A stretch of 64,000 nucleotides of DNA from Oceanispirochaeta sp. (GTDB lineage Bacteria; Spirochaetota; Spirochaetia; DSM-2461): contig CAXXOA010000001.1 of NCBI GenBank assembly GCA_963666275.2, forward strand, positions 1-64,000. The letters are read 5' to 3'. Made by a program: the position numbers and the translations under genes. Positions 1 through 16,091 of the stretch are shown here, piece by piece (the first letter of the stretch is position 1; each line of letters starts with the position of its first letter). The notes under the pieces are model-generated. The model was not told the DNA's origin. It worked only from the letters and a program-made list of their open reading frames with translations, and searched no databases.

Positions 1-2713
<2,713 letters not shown>

Positions 2714-2888
2714 ATATTATTATTTATCCCTTGGTTGCAGAGGCGAGCAGTAAATCTCTGATTTACGACCAGCCTTTGAGATATAATTTTTATTCTGCTT
2801 TGAATTGCAGAAATAAATTATATCGTGTTATTTATAGAAATTAGCAGTTAACGCTGTTGATTATATATAGTGTGCTTCTGCACACAAT

Positions 2889-2995
2889 CTGGTGGCTATT
2901 GCGTTGAGGTTATACCCGTTCCCATCCCGAACACGGAAGTCAAGCTCAACTGCGCCGATGGTACTGCTACGGTGGGAGAGTAGGTCGTCGCCAGT
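2889..2995 (+). rRNA. rrf: 5S rRNA, copy 1
   Basis: CCCATCCCGAACAC...GCCGATGGTAC...GGGAGAGTAGG; helix I CTGGTGGC/GTCGCCAG. Confidence 0.95.
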
Positions 2996-3000
2996 TCAAT

Positions 3001-3031
3001 CGCCCCCTGTCTTCGGACAGGGGGCGTCTTT
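3001..3031 (+). terminator. Intrinsic terminator of rrn operon 1
   Basis: CGCCCCCTGTC-TTCG-GACAGGGGGCG perfect 11-bp stem with UUCG loop, followed by TCTTT. Confidence 0.85.
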
Positions 3032-3222
3032 AAGAAAAATCAGAATATCAGAATAATTCGCATTAGATTTGATACGGCTTTTGATGTGTTTCATGTTATT
3101 TGCTATATCAGGATCCCGATGCTGTTACTCAGAAAGCCCGTCTGTAAAATAACCGGGAAAACCGGTTTGTTCAGGCAGAATGGACTGTTTCTGTAATATT
3201 GCGAAAAAAATCCTGAAAAGGG

Positions 3223-3251
3223 TTTACAAAGGAAGTCATATTCAATATGAT
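3223..3251 (+). promoter_or_regulatory. Putative rrn P1 promoter
   Basis: TTTACA-17 bp-TATGAT with an upstream A-tract. Confidence 0.65.
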
Positions 3252-3339
3252 CATCCTCGCGCCTCAAGAAATTGATGCGCAAATGGAAATGATAAATAAC
3301 TGCCTTGAAAAGATTTAAAATATTTTTTTTGAAAAGCGG

Positions 3340-3369
3340 TTGACAAGAAATAGTAGTAACTGCTATAAC
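3340..3369 (+). promoter_or_regulatory. Putative rrn P2 promoter
   Basis: TTGACA-18 bp-TATAAC with an extended -10 TG and AT-rich UP-like sequence. Confidence 0.7.
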
Positions 3370-3398
3370 TTGTATCACATTGGCACGGAAGTTGCTAA

Positions 3399-3411
3399 TG
3401 GTTCTTTGAAA
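3399..3411 (+). promoter_or_regulatory. boxA-like antitermination site
   Basis: TGGTTCTTTGAAA just downstream of P2; resembles the rrn boxA consensus. Confidence 0.55.
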
Positions 3412-3751
3412 GAGTAAATAGAGAAGGGAAATTGAAGTATTTGACGAAAGTCAAGTCCATTGCGAATCACAGGCACTTGTGCCGGGGATCGCAATGATTG
3501 GTAGTATGTTCGGATCGCTGATCTTTTTAGATTGACGGTCCGCCCACTATGGTTCGGTTAAGGTTTATCTGAAGCCGTGACCATTAAGATTCCGTTCCTC
3601 GGCACTAGTGCCTGTGGTACGGAATATCGTTAGTTTTCTTTTAGAGATAAAGGGAATCTGACTCACTTTGAAGCGGATCAGGATGATTACATTCGACAGT
3701 ATCTGTTTTGAAGCTTTGATACGAACTTATCCACTTCGGTGGATAAATTAT

Positions 3752-5293
<1,542 letters not shown>

Positions 5294-5551
5294 AGCGTGA
5301 AAGGTATAAAGACCTTGAGTTTGTACACTTAAAGGCAGTGAGTCACTGAGCAATCGGTGCACTACTGATCATATATGGCTTGGCTTTCGTCAACTACTTC
5401 AAATTTCCCTATGGATCATCCTGCAGGTATTTATGCCGGTGAGGAATCCGACTCTTTTTATATAAAATCCGTCTTTGGACGGTCGTTTTATCCGGTTTGA
5501 CTGGATGGAATGCTTTTAAATAGGTAATAGCGAAGGGATAAATAATAATAT

Positions 5552-8483
<2,932 letters not shown>

Positions 8484-8709
8484 ATATTATTATTTATCCC
8501 TTGGTTGCAGAGGCGAGCAGTAAATCTCTGATTTACGACCAGCCTTTAAGATATAATTTTTATTCTGCTTTGAATTGTAGATATATTGCGAGAGCGAAGC
8601 GGAAGCATATTCAGCAATTCAAAAATTGCAGAAATAAATTATATCGTGTTATTTATAGAAATTAGCAGTTAATTCTGTTGATTATATATAGTGTGCTTCT
8701 ACACACAAT

Positions 8710-8816
8710 CCAGTGGCTATAGCGTTGAGGTTATACCCGTTCCCATCCCGAACACGGAAGTCAAGCTCAACTGCGCCGATGGTACTGCTACGGTGGGAGA
8801 GTAGGTCGTCGCTGGT
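8710..8816 (+). rRNA. rrf: 5S rRNA, copy 2
   Basis: Same core as copy 1; helix I CCAGTGGC/GTCGCTGG. Confidence 0.95.
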
Positions 8817-8821
8817 TTATT

Positions 8822-8852
8822 AAACCCTCAGTTTTAGGACTGAGGGTTTTTT
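8822..8852 (+). terminator. Intrinsic terminator of rrn operon 2
   Basis: AAACCCTCAGT-loop-ACTGAGGGTTT followed by a T-run. Confidence 0.88.
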
Positions 8853-8892
8853 CTTTTATAAGATTATTCTTTGGGGAGGAGAGTTGTAAGCG

Positions 8893-10464
8893 TCAAATAA
8901 ACACAGGCCCTTTATCAGCCGTAATGTTATCTTTTAAATTCCATGGTAATAATTCTTCCCATTCTTGTTCATTATTGATGAACGGAGCTTTAGAGAAAAC
9001 ATAATGCAGATAATCAAAGGGATTCAAATTATTTTGTTTTGCAGTCTCAATCAGAGAATACATCCCGCAGGAACTGTCTGCCCCTTTGGGATTCCCGGAA
9101 AATAGCCAGTTTTTCCTCCCCAGAACAAAAGGACGAATAGCATTTTCACTGCCATTATTATCCGGAGTCAGATAAGGACTTTCCAGATATCGGATCAAAT
9201 AATCCCATTGATTCAATGCATAATGAACAGCCTTACCTAAAGCACTTTCAGGTAAAACATTTTCAGCCCTTTTATCCAACCATTGTTTAAATTTTTCAAG
9301 AATGGGTTCGGCCTTGCTTTTCCGTTGTTCCTGGAACTCTTCAGGAGATAATTTCTTACTCCTTAGATCATTTTCCAAGGCATAGAGCTTCTTGATATGC
9401 TTGATTCCTTCCAGAGCACTTTTAGATTTTTTACTGGCTTTATCAGCCTCAAAGAACTTCCTTCTGGCATGTGCAAAGCAGCCTACCAGATGTATATCGG
9501 GATTGCCTTCTACCGCGGTTTTGTATCCTTGATATCCATCGGTTTGCAGATACCCTTTAAAACTAGTGAGAAAATTCTTTGCATATTCCGATGCCCGTGT
9601 TGGATGGTACTCATAATAAACAGCTTGTTGTCCCGGAGGACCGCCTCTGGACAGCCACATATAGGATTTCTGTTTGTTATCCCGACCTGGTTCATTCAGA
9701 ACCTGTACGGTTGTTCCATCCATTTGGATCACCGGACCGGATTTTATGTGGGTTTTCAGCAGTTCAAAGAGAGGGAGAAGAGCTTCATAAGCCTTTTTCT
9801 GCCAATTACTCATATTCTGACGGCTGATTCGGGCTCCCATACGCTCAAACCGCTTTTCCTGTCGGTAAAAAGGAAGATGGTCCACGTACTTGTTTACCAT
9901 CAGAAATGCCAACAGACCGGGAGTGACAATCCCTTTGGGGATAATGGTAGGCTCCGGAGGGGCAATCTTTACAGCAGGAACATCTTCATCGGCGGTTCCT
10001 TCGCAATTACCACAGGCATATTTTAACCGGACAATCCGTTCTACCCAGATACGGGGAGGGATCACATGCAGTTTCTCAGAGATTTCTTCTCCGATTTTTT
10101 TCAGTTCTGTTCCGCAGGCACAGTTTTTTTCATCTTCAGGAATATCAATAATCCGTTCTTTGCGGGGAAGGTTCTCATCCAGAGGCTTTCTGCCTGTTTT
10201 CTTACGCTTGTAAGAATCTATTTGCTGTTCTTCCGAACAGTCTTCCTCAGGAGTCTGTGGTTCATCAGAATCAAATAATTCAATCTGATCAGGGATATTT
10301 TCTGCTCTTCGACCGAATTGACGATGCAATGCCAAGGCCAACTTCTCTTCAAGAAGCTGATATTTCTTTTCCCAGTTCTGATTCTGGGCTTCTGATTCAG
10401 CAAGTTGCTTTTTCAGAGATAAAAATTCTTTTTGTGCTTCCAACGGAAGAGAGGAAATATCCAT
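8893..10464 (-). CDS. tnpC: IS66 DDE transposase TnpC
   Basis: Leucine-zipper N-terminus, CxC...CxxC zinc finger, HLPFYRQ, CFAHARRKF, DNNGSENAIRP, LLPW; stop codon lies inside the TIR. Confidence 0.95.
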   Translation of the reverse strand: MDISSLPLEAQKEFLSLKKQLAESEAQNQNWEKKYQLLEEKLALALHRQFGRRAENIPDQIELFDSDEPQTPEEDCSEEQQIDSYKRKKTGRKPLDENLPRKERIIDIPEDEKNCACGTELKKIGEEISEKLHVIPPRIWVERIVRLKYACGNCEGTADEDVPAVKIAPPEPTIIPKGIVTPGLLAFLMVNKYVDHLPFYRQEKRFERMGARISRQNMSNWQKKAYEALLPLFELLKTHIKSGPVIQMDGTTVQVLNEPGRDNKQKSYMWLSRGGPPGQQAVYYEYHPTRASEYAKNFLTSFKGYLQTDGYQGYKTAVEGNPDIHLVGCFAHARRKFFEADKASKKSKSALEGIKHIKKLYALENDLRSKKLSPEEFQEQRKSKAEPILEKFKQWLDKRAENVLPESALGKAVHYALNQWDYLIRYLESPYLTPDNNGSENAIRPFVLGRKNWLFSGNPKGADSSCGMYSLIETAKQNNLNPFDYLHYVFSKAPFINNEQEWEELLPWNLKDNITADKGPVFI

Positions 10465-10505
10465 AAGAGAATTTTAACAAAGACTGGAATTTGAGTAAAT
10501 TCCTT

Positions 10506-10853
10506 TCAGGCAATTTCTGAATATTTCAATGTTTCGTGGGCTTTCCAGAAGTCTATACCCTTCAGAAGCATAGAGAGTTCTTCAAAGCTGATGGCTTTAG
10601 CAGCTTCTTCCGTATCTGGCCAGGGGAAGCGGTGCTTCTCCAGACGCTTCTGCCAGAGGCAGAAGCCTGTCTGATCCCAGTAAAGGGCTTTCAGAATCCG
10701 TCTCTGTTTATTACAGAACATAAAAAGAGAGCCGCAAAAAGGATCAAGAGACATTTCATCCTGAACTTCTACCGCCAAACCATTAATAGCTTTCCGCATA
10801 TCGGTAACACCGGGTCGGATAAATATCTTGATTTGAGAGAAATCCTTAATCAT
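10506..10853 (-). CDS. tnpB: IS66 accessory protein TnpB (Orf2)
   Basis: TDMRKAINGL...LYWDQTGFCLWQKRLE signature. Confidence 0.93.
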   Translation of the reverse strand: MIKDFSQIKIFIRPGVTDMRKAINGLAVEVQDEMSLDPFCGSLFMFCNKQRRILKALYWDQTGFCLWQKRLEKHRFPWPDTEEAAKAISFEELSMLLKGIDFWKAHETLKYSEIA

Positions 10854-11148
10854 TGCACTGTACCAGGGTCTGAAGCAGTTTTTTCAATGTGATTGTATCA
10901 AAGTTCCGATCCAGTTTTATCCGGTAGGCATTCCATTGTAACTCAATGGATGAGCCTTTGACTGTTTCCTTGGGCAATTTAACAGGAACTTCAACCAAGG
11001 ATGGAGTTTTACGGTCATACCGCTTTTGCCATCCGTGGAAAGTCGTTGTTTTCAGTTTTTTATCCCGGCAGAACTGACTTACAGATTTTCCGGACTGTTT
11101 CCACTCTGCCAAAAGAGCGTAGCGCTGATCCATTGTGTATTGTTTCAT
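10846..11148 (-). CDS. tnpA: IS66 accessory protein TnpA (HTH)
   Basis: WKQSGKSVSQFC...TFHGW motif; overlaps tnpB. Confidence 0.88.
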   Translation of the reverse strand: MKQYTMDQRYALLAEWKQSGKSVSQFCRDKKLKTTTFHGWQKRYDRKTPSLVEVPVKLPKETVKGSSIELQWNAYRIKLDRNFDTITLKKLLQTLVQCND

Positions 11149-11221
11149 AGTAATTCTCCTGATGGAGATTGTACCGGGATGACTTGGAGATTTTTAGATG
11201 CGGTTTATTTGACGCTTACGG

Positions 11222-12940
11222 ATGATCAGGAGCTTTCTGCCGGAAAAATTTATGACCAGAATCTTTCTGGCACTGCTGCTCAGCGGATTGATACAGGTCC
11301 TTCTGCTGGGAGGAATTTCCATTCTGTTTTCCAATAAAATGATAGAAGACAGCCTGACCCATCAGTCATCGGGAAGAATGGAACTCCTTGTTTCGCGTCT
11401 GAATCTGTCGCTCCAGGAATACAGGGAACTGGGGAACAGGCTTGTGAAAAATCCCCTCTTTGAAACGGCACTTTTTGATCCTGTTTATCCTGAAAAAACC
11501 GTCCTTTCTCCTATGTATCAGGCATTATACAGAGAGATTGCCGGCAATCTGGAAACCTTGTCGATTCATCTTGTTGAGACAGAGGGCGTGAGGAAGTTTT
11601 CCACCCATATCCTTCCGGATATTTACAATCCCGGTTCAGTCAATGAGTCTCTCTCCACCTATAAGAAACTGAAAGAAGACAGCACTTCCATTACCGTGGT
11701 GGATGGATTTCTGAATCCCAAAGGGGAAAGGGTGGCTTTCTCTGTTATTACCAAGTTAGAGAAGGATACTGATCGGGAAGGGCTGATTATCATTGATGTG
11801 AATGTACAGCAGATTCTGGAGCTGACAGAAAAGATCAATTCGGATTTCTTTTCCGATCTCTATCTTATCGATCATACCACCCATAAGTACGTGAATCTGT
11901 TCAGAGAAAATGAGGCGGGAAATTTTTCAGGAATTGACTGGCGGGTGCAGCCGGGAATGAACGGTTCTTTTAAGAGCAATGATACTCTAGTAGTTTTTGA
12001 AACTCTCTATCCCGCCGATCTGATGCTCGTGGGGACACTGAAACTGAGTACAGCGGCCGGCAATTTCCTGCCCCTTATCCGACTAATCTTCCTGGTCTCC
12101 CTGGCGGGACTGTTTATCTCTTCCCTTTTCTCTTTCAGTCTGGCCAGGATGATAACCCGTCCTGTGAACACTCTGGTAGAGGGCATGAAAAAGGTGGAAT
12201 CCGGTGATCTGTCTGTCTCTCTTGAAGAAAAGAACGGTGATGAATTCGATATTCTTATCAACGGCTTCAATGATATGGTGTCTCAGATGCAGACTCTGGT
12301 ACAGGCGCGGATAGAAAAAGAAAAGGCTATCCGTGAAGCCGAAAGACAGGCTCTGCAGGCTCAGATCAATCCTCATTTTCTCAACAACACTCTGAATACA
12401 GTGAAATCTCTTGCCAAGCTTCACGGCGTAAAGGATATCGCTGTGATTATCACACAGCTGGGAAAGCTTCTCCGGAATGCCATGGATGGGCAGAGGGAAC
12501 TTGTCACCATAGAAGAGAGCCTTGCTCTTGTGGAAGGGTATCTGCAGATTCAGAAAATACGTTACGGGAGCAACTTCAGCTGGGAGATCCAAATGGATCC
12601 GGCATGCCGGACATTGCTGATACCCCATCTTCTCATTCAGCCTATTGTAGAAAATGCCGTCATTCACGGTACGGATCAACTGATGGGTCCCCGACGGATC
12701 TCGGTTCAGATCTGTAAAGAGCCTTTTCTTGTCAAAGTATCAGATAACGGACCGGGAATTGATCCAGAGGTCTGGGAGCACTCTCTGAACAGCCGGAACG
12801 CCATCGGACTGTACAATGTAAATCAGCGAATCCGGATCTACTTTGAGGGAGACTCGGGGTTGAGCTATAAACGGGAGAATAACTTATCTGTTGTGGTTTT
12901 AAATCTGGGGAAATTGCGTAAGGAGTACTATCATGTTTGA
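11222..12940 (+). CDS. YesM/LytS-like sensor histidine kinase (2 TM, HAMP, His_kinase)
   Basis: LQAQINPHFLNNTL, QPIVENAVIHG, DNGPG, IGLYNV motifs. Confidence 0.93.
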   Translation: MIRSFLPEKFMTRIFLALLLSGLIQVLLLGGISILFSNKMIEDSLTHQSSGRMELLVSRLNLSLQEYRELGNRLVKNPLFETALFDPVYPEKTVLSPMYQALYREIAGNLETLSIHLVETEGVRKFSTHILPDIYNPGSVNESLSTYKKLKEDSTSITVVDGFLNPKGERVAFSVITKLEKDTDREGLIIIDVNVQQILELTEKINSDFFSDLYLIDHTTHKYVNLFRENEAGNFSGIDWRVQPGMNGSFKSNDTLVVFETLYPADLMLVGTLKLSTAAGNFLPLIRLIFLVSLAGLFISSLFSFSLARMITRPVNTLVEGMKKVESGDLSVSLEEKNGDEFDILINGFNDMVSQMQTLVQARIEKEKAIREAERQALQAQINPHFLNNTLNTVKSLAKLHGVKDIAVIITQLGKLLRNAMDGQRELVTIEESLALVEGYLQIQKIRYGSNFSWEIQMDPACRTLLIPHLLIQPIVENAVIHGTDQLMGPRRISVQICKEPFLVKVSDNGPGIDPEVWEHSLNSRNAIGLYNVNQRIRIYFEGDSGLSYKRENNLSVVVLNLGKLRKEYYHV

Positions 12941-13679
12941 TGTTCTGATAGTGGAAGATGAAGAACCGATGCGGAAGGAGTTGATCCATACAACACCATG
13001 GGAAGACTTCTCCTGCAGTGTTGTCGGTGCCGCATCAAACGGGATCGAGGGGGAAGAGATGATTCGCCGCCTCTGTCCGGATATCGTGATAACCGATATC
13101 CGAATGCCCGGACAGAATGGTCTGCAGATGCTTAAAAAGGCACCCTGTTCCCATGCCGTCCTCCTGACGGGCTACAGTGACTTCGATTATGCAAGAGAGG
13201 CTATAAAACTGGGCGTTACAGACTACATCGTAAAGCCTGTGGACGATGAGGAACTGTATTCGGTTCTGAAAGGTATTACGGATAAACTGAAAGAGGAGAG
13301 AGAAAAATCTAATCCCTCACCTTTTGAAGAGTATATCAATCCTCCTGCCATGGATAAGCAGGAACACTATGTTGATCAGGCAGTCCGGTATATAAAGTCT
13401 CACTTTCAGGAGGATATTTCTCTGAATGAGATTTGCCGGACAATCGGGATTACGGAAAGCTATATGTCCCGGCTGTTCAGGGAGAAAACAGGTTATACCT
13501 TTCTGGAATATCTGAGAAATCACAGGCTGACAGTCGCCCTGGAACTGTTGAAGGATCAGAGCCTCCGTGTAAATGAAATAGCTCACATGACGGGATTCCG
13601 TGATATGAGCTACTTCTGTGCGATATTCAGAAAACACATAGGGACTACACCCGGCAGGTATCAGAACGGGAATCGATAA
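12933..13679 (+). CDS. YesN-like response regulator (REC + AraC HTH)
   Basis: VEDE, TDIRMPG, KP motifs; C-terminal AraC GFRDMSYF; overlaps the kinase stop. Confidence 0.93.
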   Translation: MFDVLIVEDEEPMRKELIHTTPWEDFSCSVVGAASNGIEGEEMIRRLCPDIVITDIRMPGQNGLQMLKKAPCSHAVLLTGYSDFDYAREAIKLGVTDYIVKPVDDEELYSVLKGITDKLKEEREKSNPSPFEEYINPPAMDKQEHYVDQAVRYIKSHFQEDISLNEICRTIGITESYMSRLFREKTGYTFLEYLRNHRLTVALELLKDQSLRVNEIAHMTGFRDMSYFCAIFRKHIGTTPGRYQNGNR

Positions 13680-14238
13680 TCCCCAGAACCTCTGTTTTCA
13701 GTGTCTCAAGGTCCCGGTAATGGACCGCGTTTATACCTACGGACCGGGCTGCCTGAATGTTTTCTGAGAAATCATCGATGAAGACAGTTTCTTCAGGCCT
13801 GCGGTGCTCCTCTTCCAGAATTATGTTCCAGAATTCAGGGGCGGGTTTTGCCCAGCCCATCAGATGAGAGGCGTAGACCCTGTCGAAAAGGGCATAGTCT
13901 CCCCGTTCGATGCTGACCTTCCAGTGGGCGTCGAATGTATTGGTTCCGCAGACGACTCTATGGTCTTTTCCCAGTTCTCTGATATAGGACTCCATCTGAC
14001 TGTCTCTGACAGGGCGAAATGTTCTGCCCCATCGGGGAGAGGATACCTTTGTATGATAGCGCCGGTTGAACTGTGCCCAGTACTCGTTTTCGCTGATCAG
14101 GCCGGCAGAGAAGTCGTACATCAGATTGTCTCTGTACATATCTCCGGGGGGGGAGCTTATTCCCTCCTCCCGGAGAATTGTCTCCATTTCAAATACATTA
14201 TGGAGAAGGACCCCTCCCATATCAAAAATAAAGAGCAT
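13645..14238 (-). CDS. HAD phosphatase, YihX-like (sugar-1-phosphate phosphatase candidate)
   Basis: IFDMGGV, KP, FIDD motifs; TAATG coupling to the upstream permease. Confidence 0.85.
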   Translation of the reverse strand: MLFIFDMGGVLLHNVFEMETILREEGISSPPGDMYRDNLMYDFSAGLISENEYWAQFNRRYHTKVSSPRWGRTFRPVRDSQMESYIRELGKDHRVVCGTNTFDAHWKVSIERGDYALFDRVYASHLMGWAKPAPEFWNIILEEEHRRPEETVFIDDFSENIQAARSVGINAVHYRDLETLKTEVLGIIDSRSDTCRV

Positions 14239-15092
14239 TATCCCTTCCTGGACGAGTAGACTGCCGAGCCGCCCACAAAGTATTCAGACAGGGTGAAAAA
14301 GAGCACAAACATGGGGATACTTGCCAGCAGGGCTACCGCCATCATGGCTCCCTCATCGCTGTGCTTTTCCGCTGTGAACTTTACAATATACAGGGGAATG
14401 GTTTTCATCTTTTCACTCTGGATGACTAGCAGGGGCCACAGCAGGTTGTCCCACTGGGAACGGAAAGCCAGGATCGCAAGAGTCGCTATGGTCGGACCGC
14501 TGTTGGGGAAAACGATAGACCAGAAAATCCTGAATTCTCCCATTCCGTCGATACGTGCCGCTTCCAGAAATTCATCCGGAAAAGTAATCAGGTACTGCCT
14601 CATCATAAATACACCGAAGGCGTTCACCATAAAGGGTATGATCAGGCCGCCGTAACTGTTCTGAAGCCCCAGTTTAGTCGTAACAAGGTAGAGGGGTATC
14701 ATAATCGCTTCGAAGGGAATCATCATGGTAGCCATAATCATAAGGAATACAACGATCCTTCCTCGGAATTTAAACTTTGCCAGACCGTACCCTGTCAGGC
14801 AGGCCAGTATGACAGTGGATACAGTTACTGTGATGGCGATGAGCAGGGAATTGAATATAGCCCGGGGAAACAGGTATCTTCCGTCGTTCCCGGCAATGGC
14901 TTTGGCAAAGTTAGGCCAGTGGATTGTATTGGGTATCCACCGGTAGGGCATTTTTACTATTTCCTTTGAAGGCATAAACGACGCTGTTGTCATAAACAGA
15001 AGGGGGGCGGCAATAAAAACCACCATGATTATCAGAAGGAAATACAGGATAAACATAGAGGCTTTTTCTTTCAAATGGTTTTTTTCAATCAT
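14238..15092 (-). CDS. Carbohydrate ABC transporter permease (MalG-like)
   Basis: EAARIDG loop, 6 TM; start moved to MIEKN, which has an AGAGG SD. Confidence 0.92.
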   Translation of the reverse strand: MIEKNHLKEKASMFILYFLLIIMVVFIAAPLLFMTTASFMPSKEIVKMPYRWIPNTIHWPNFAKAIAGNDGRYLFPRAIFNSLLIAITVTVSTVILACLTGYGLAKFKFRGRIVVFLMIMATMMIPFEAIMIPLYLVTTKLGLQNSYGGLIIPFMVNAFGVFMMRQYLITFPDEFLEAARIDGMGEFRIFWSIVFPNSGPTIATLAILAFRSQWDNLLWPLLVIQSEKMKTIPLYIVKFTAEKHSDEGAMMAVALLASIPMFVLFFTLSEYFVGGSAVYSSRKG

Positions 15093-15105
15093 ACATATAC
15101 CTCTA

Positions 15106-16020
15106 TTAATAGCTGGTTTCATCGGATTTCGAGAGTTTAAACTGAAGCCATGTGAAAAAGAGCATAATCAGGAAAAGAAGAATACTCATGGCACTGGCTC
15201 TGCCGATTCGGAAATCCCTGATACCTGTATTGTAGATATTCAGCGTGATAACATTGATCGGTGCCTGAGGGGCGCCGGATTGTGTAAACAGATACTGGGT
15301 GGAGAATGTCTTCAGGCACTGAAGCATACTCATGATGGATACCAGAACCACCGTCGGTCTGAGAAGGGGAAAGGTAATTGCCCAGAAGGCATCCCAGCGA
15401 GTGGCGCCGTCAATATGGGCCGATTCGTACAGACTGGGAGGTATATTGGCCAGTCCGGAAATAAAGATGATCACAAAATAGCCTATGTACTTCCAGAAAT
15501 AGACAATCATGGTGGATATGCGCACTGTAACGGCGCTGGCCAGCCAGCGATGGTCAATGCCGGGTGTTGCCATGATGAAATTCATCCACTGATTTGCCAG
15601 ACCCCGGGGATCGAATATGAGCAGCCATATGGAGGCTGACACGACTGATGAGATAACAGCCGGAGTGTAGTAGGCCATCTGGAAAAACCGGCCCACCTTT
15701 TTGGATATATTCATAATAAATGCTGCGAGCATCAGACTCAGGATCAGCAGGGGGAGAAAAGTCCCGATTGTAAAAATGAATGTGGCTTTGACGGAATTCC
15801 AGAAGTCAGATGAAGTCAGCAGGTACTGGTAATTTGCCAGGCCGATAAAATCGGGTTTTTTCAGGGACAGCAGGTTTTTTTTGAAAAGACTGGTGTAAAG
15901 GGCTGTCAGGATAGGATAGAAACTGAAAATAGAAAAAAATACAATGGAGGGAATCACAAAGATGACCCCCCATCGGGAAAGTTTTCTCTCAATTTTTCCT
16001 CTGGGAGAAGATTTTCTCAT
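15106..16020 (-). CDS. Carbohydrate ABC transporter permease (MalF-like)
   Basis: FIGLANY and ESAHIDGA loop. Confidence 0.92.
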   Translation of the reverse strand: MRKSSPRGKIERKLSRWGVIFVIPSIVFFSIFSFYPILTALYTSLFKKNLLSLKKPDFIGLANYQYLLTSSDFWNSVKATFIFTIGTFLPLLILSLMLAAFIMNISKKVGRFFQMAYYTPAVISSVVSASIWLLIFDPRGLANQWMNFIMATPGIDHRWLASAVTVRISTMIVYFWKYIGYFVIIFISGLANIPPSLYESAHIDGATRWDAFWAITFPLLRPTVVLVSIMSMLQCLKTFSTQYLFTQSGAPQAPINVITLNIYNTGIRDFRIGRASAMSILLFLIMLFFTWLQFKLSKSDETSY

Positions 16021-16038
16021 AAGACATAAACTCCTGAT

Positions 16039-16062
16039 TCAGCCGGCCCCCGGGCCGGCTGA
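16039..16062 (-). repeat. GC-rich intercistronic hairpin after the SBP gene
   Basis: TCAGCCGGCCC-CC-GGGCCGGCTGA inverted repeat; typical position for an mRNA stabiliser or attenuator. Confidence 0.7.
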
Positions 16063-16091
16063 AAGTTCAATTTCAATGTAAAAATTTCGAT

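Larger units (their letters stand above)
8886..11219 (-). mobile_element. IS66-family insertion sequence, 2334 bp (tnpA-tnpB-tnpC)
   Basis: Perfect 17-bp TIRs GTAAGCGTCAAATAAAC (8886-8902) and GTTTATTTGACGCTTAC (11203-11219) around the three-ORF IS66 layout. Confidence 0.95.

Noticed and set aside
3468..3616. Inverted pair CACAGGCACTTGTGCC / GGCACTAGTGCCTGTG as a MITE
   Set aside because: It lies in the structured 16S leader, has no target duplication and no other copies in the window
10506..10853. tnpB as an RNA-guided nuclease
   Set aside because: This is the 115-aa IS66 accessory TnpB, unrelated to IS200/IS605 TnpB; no RuvC domain
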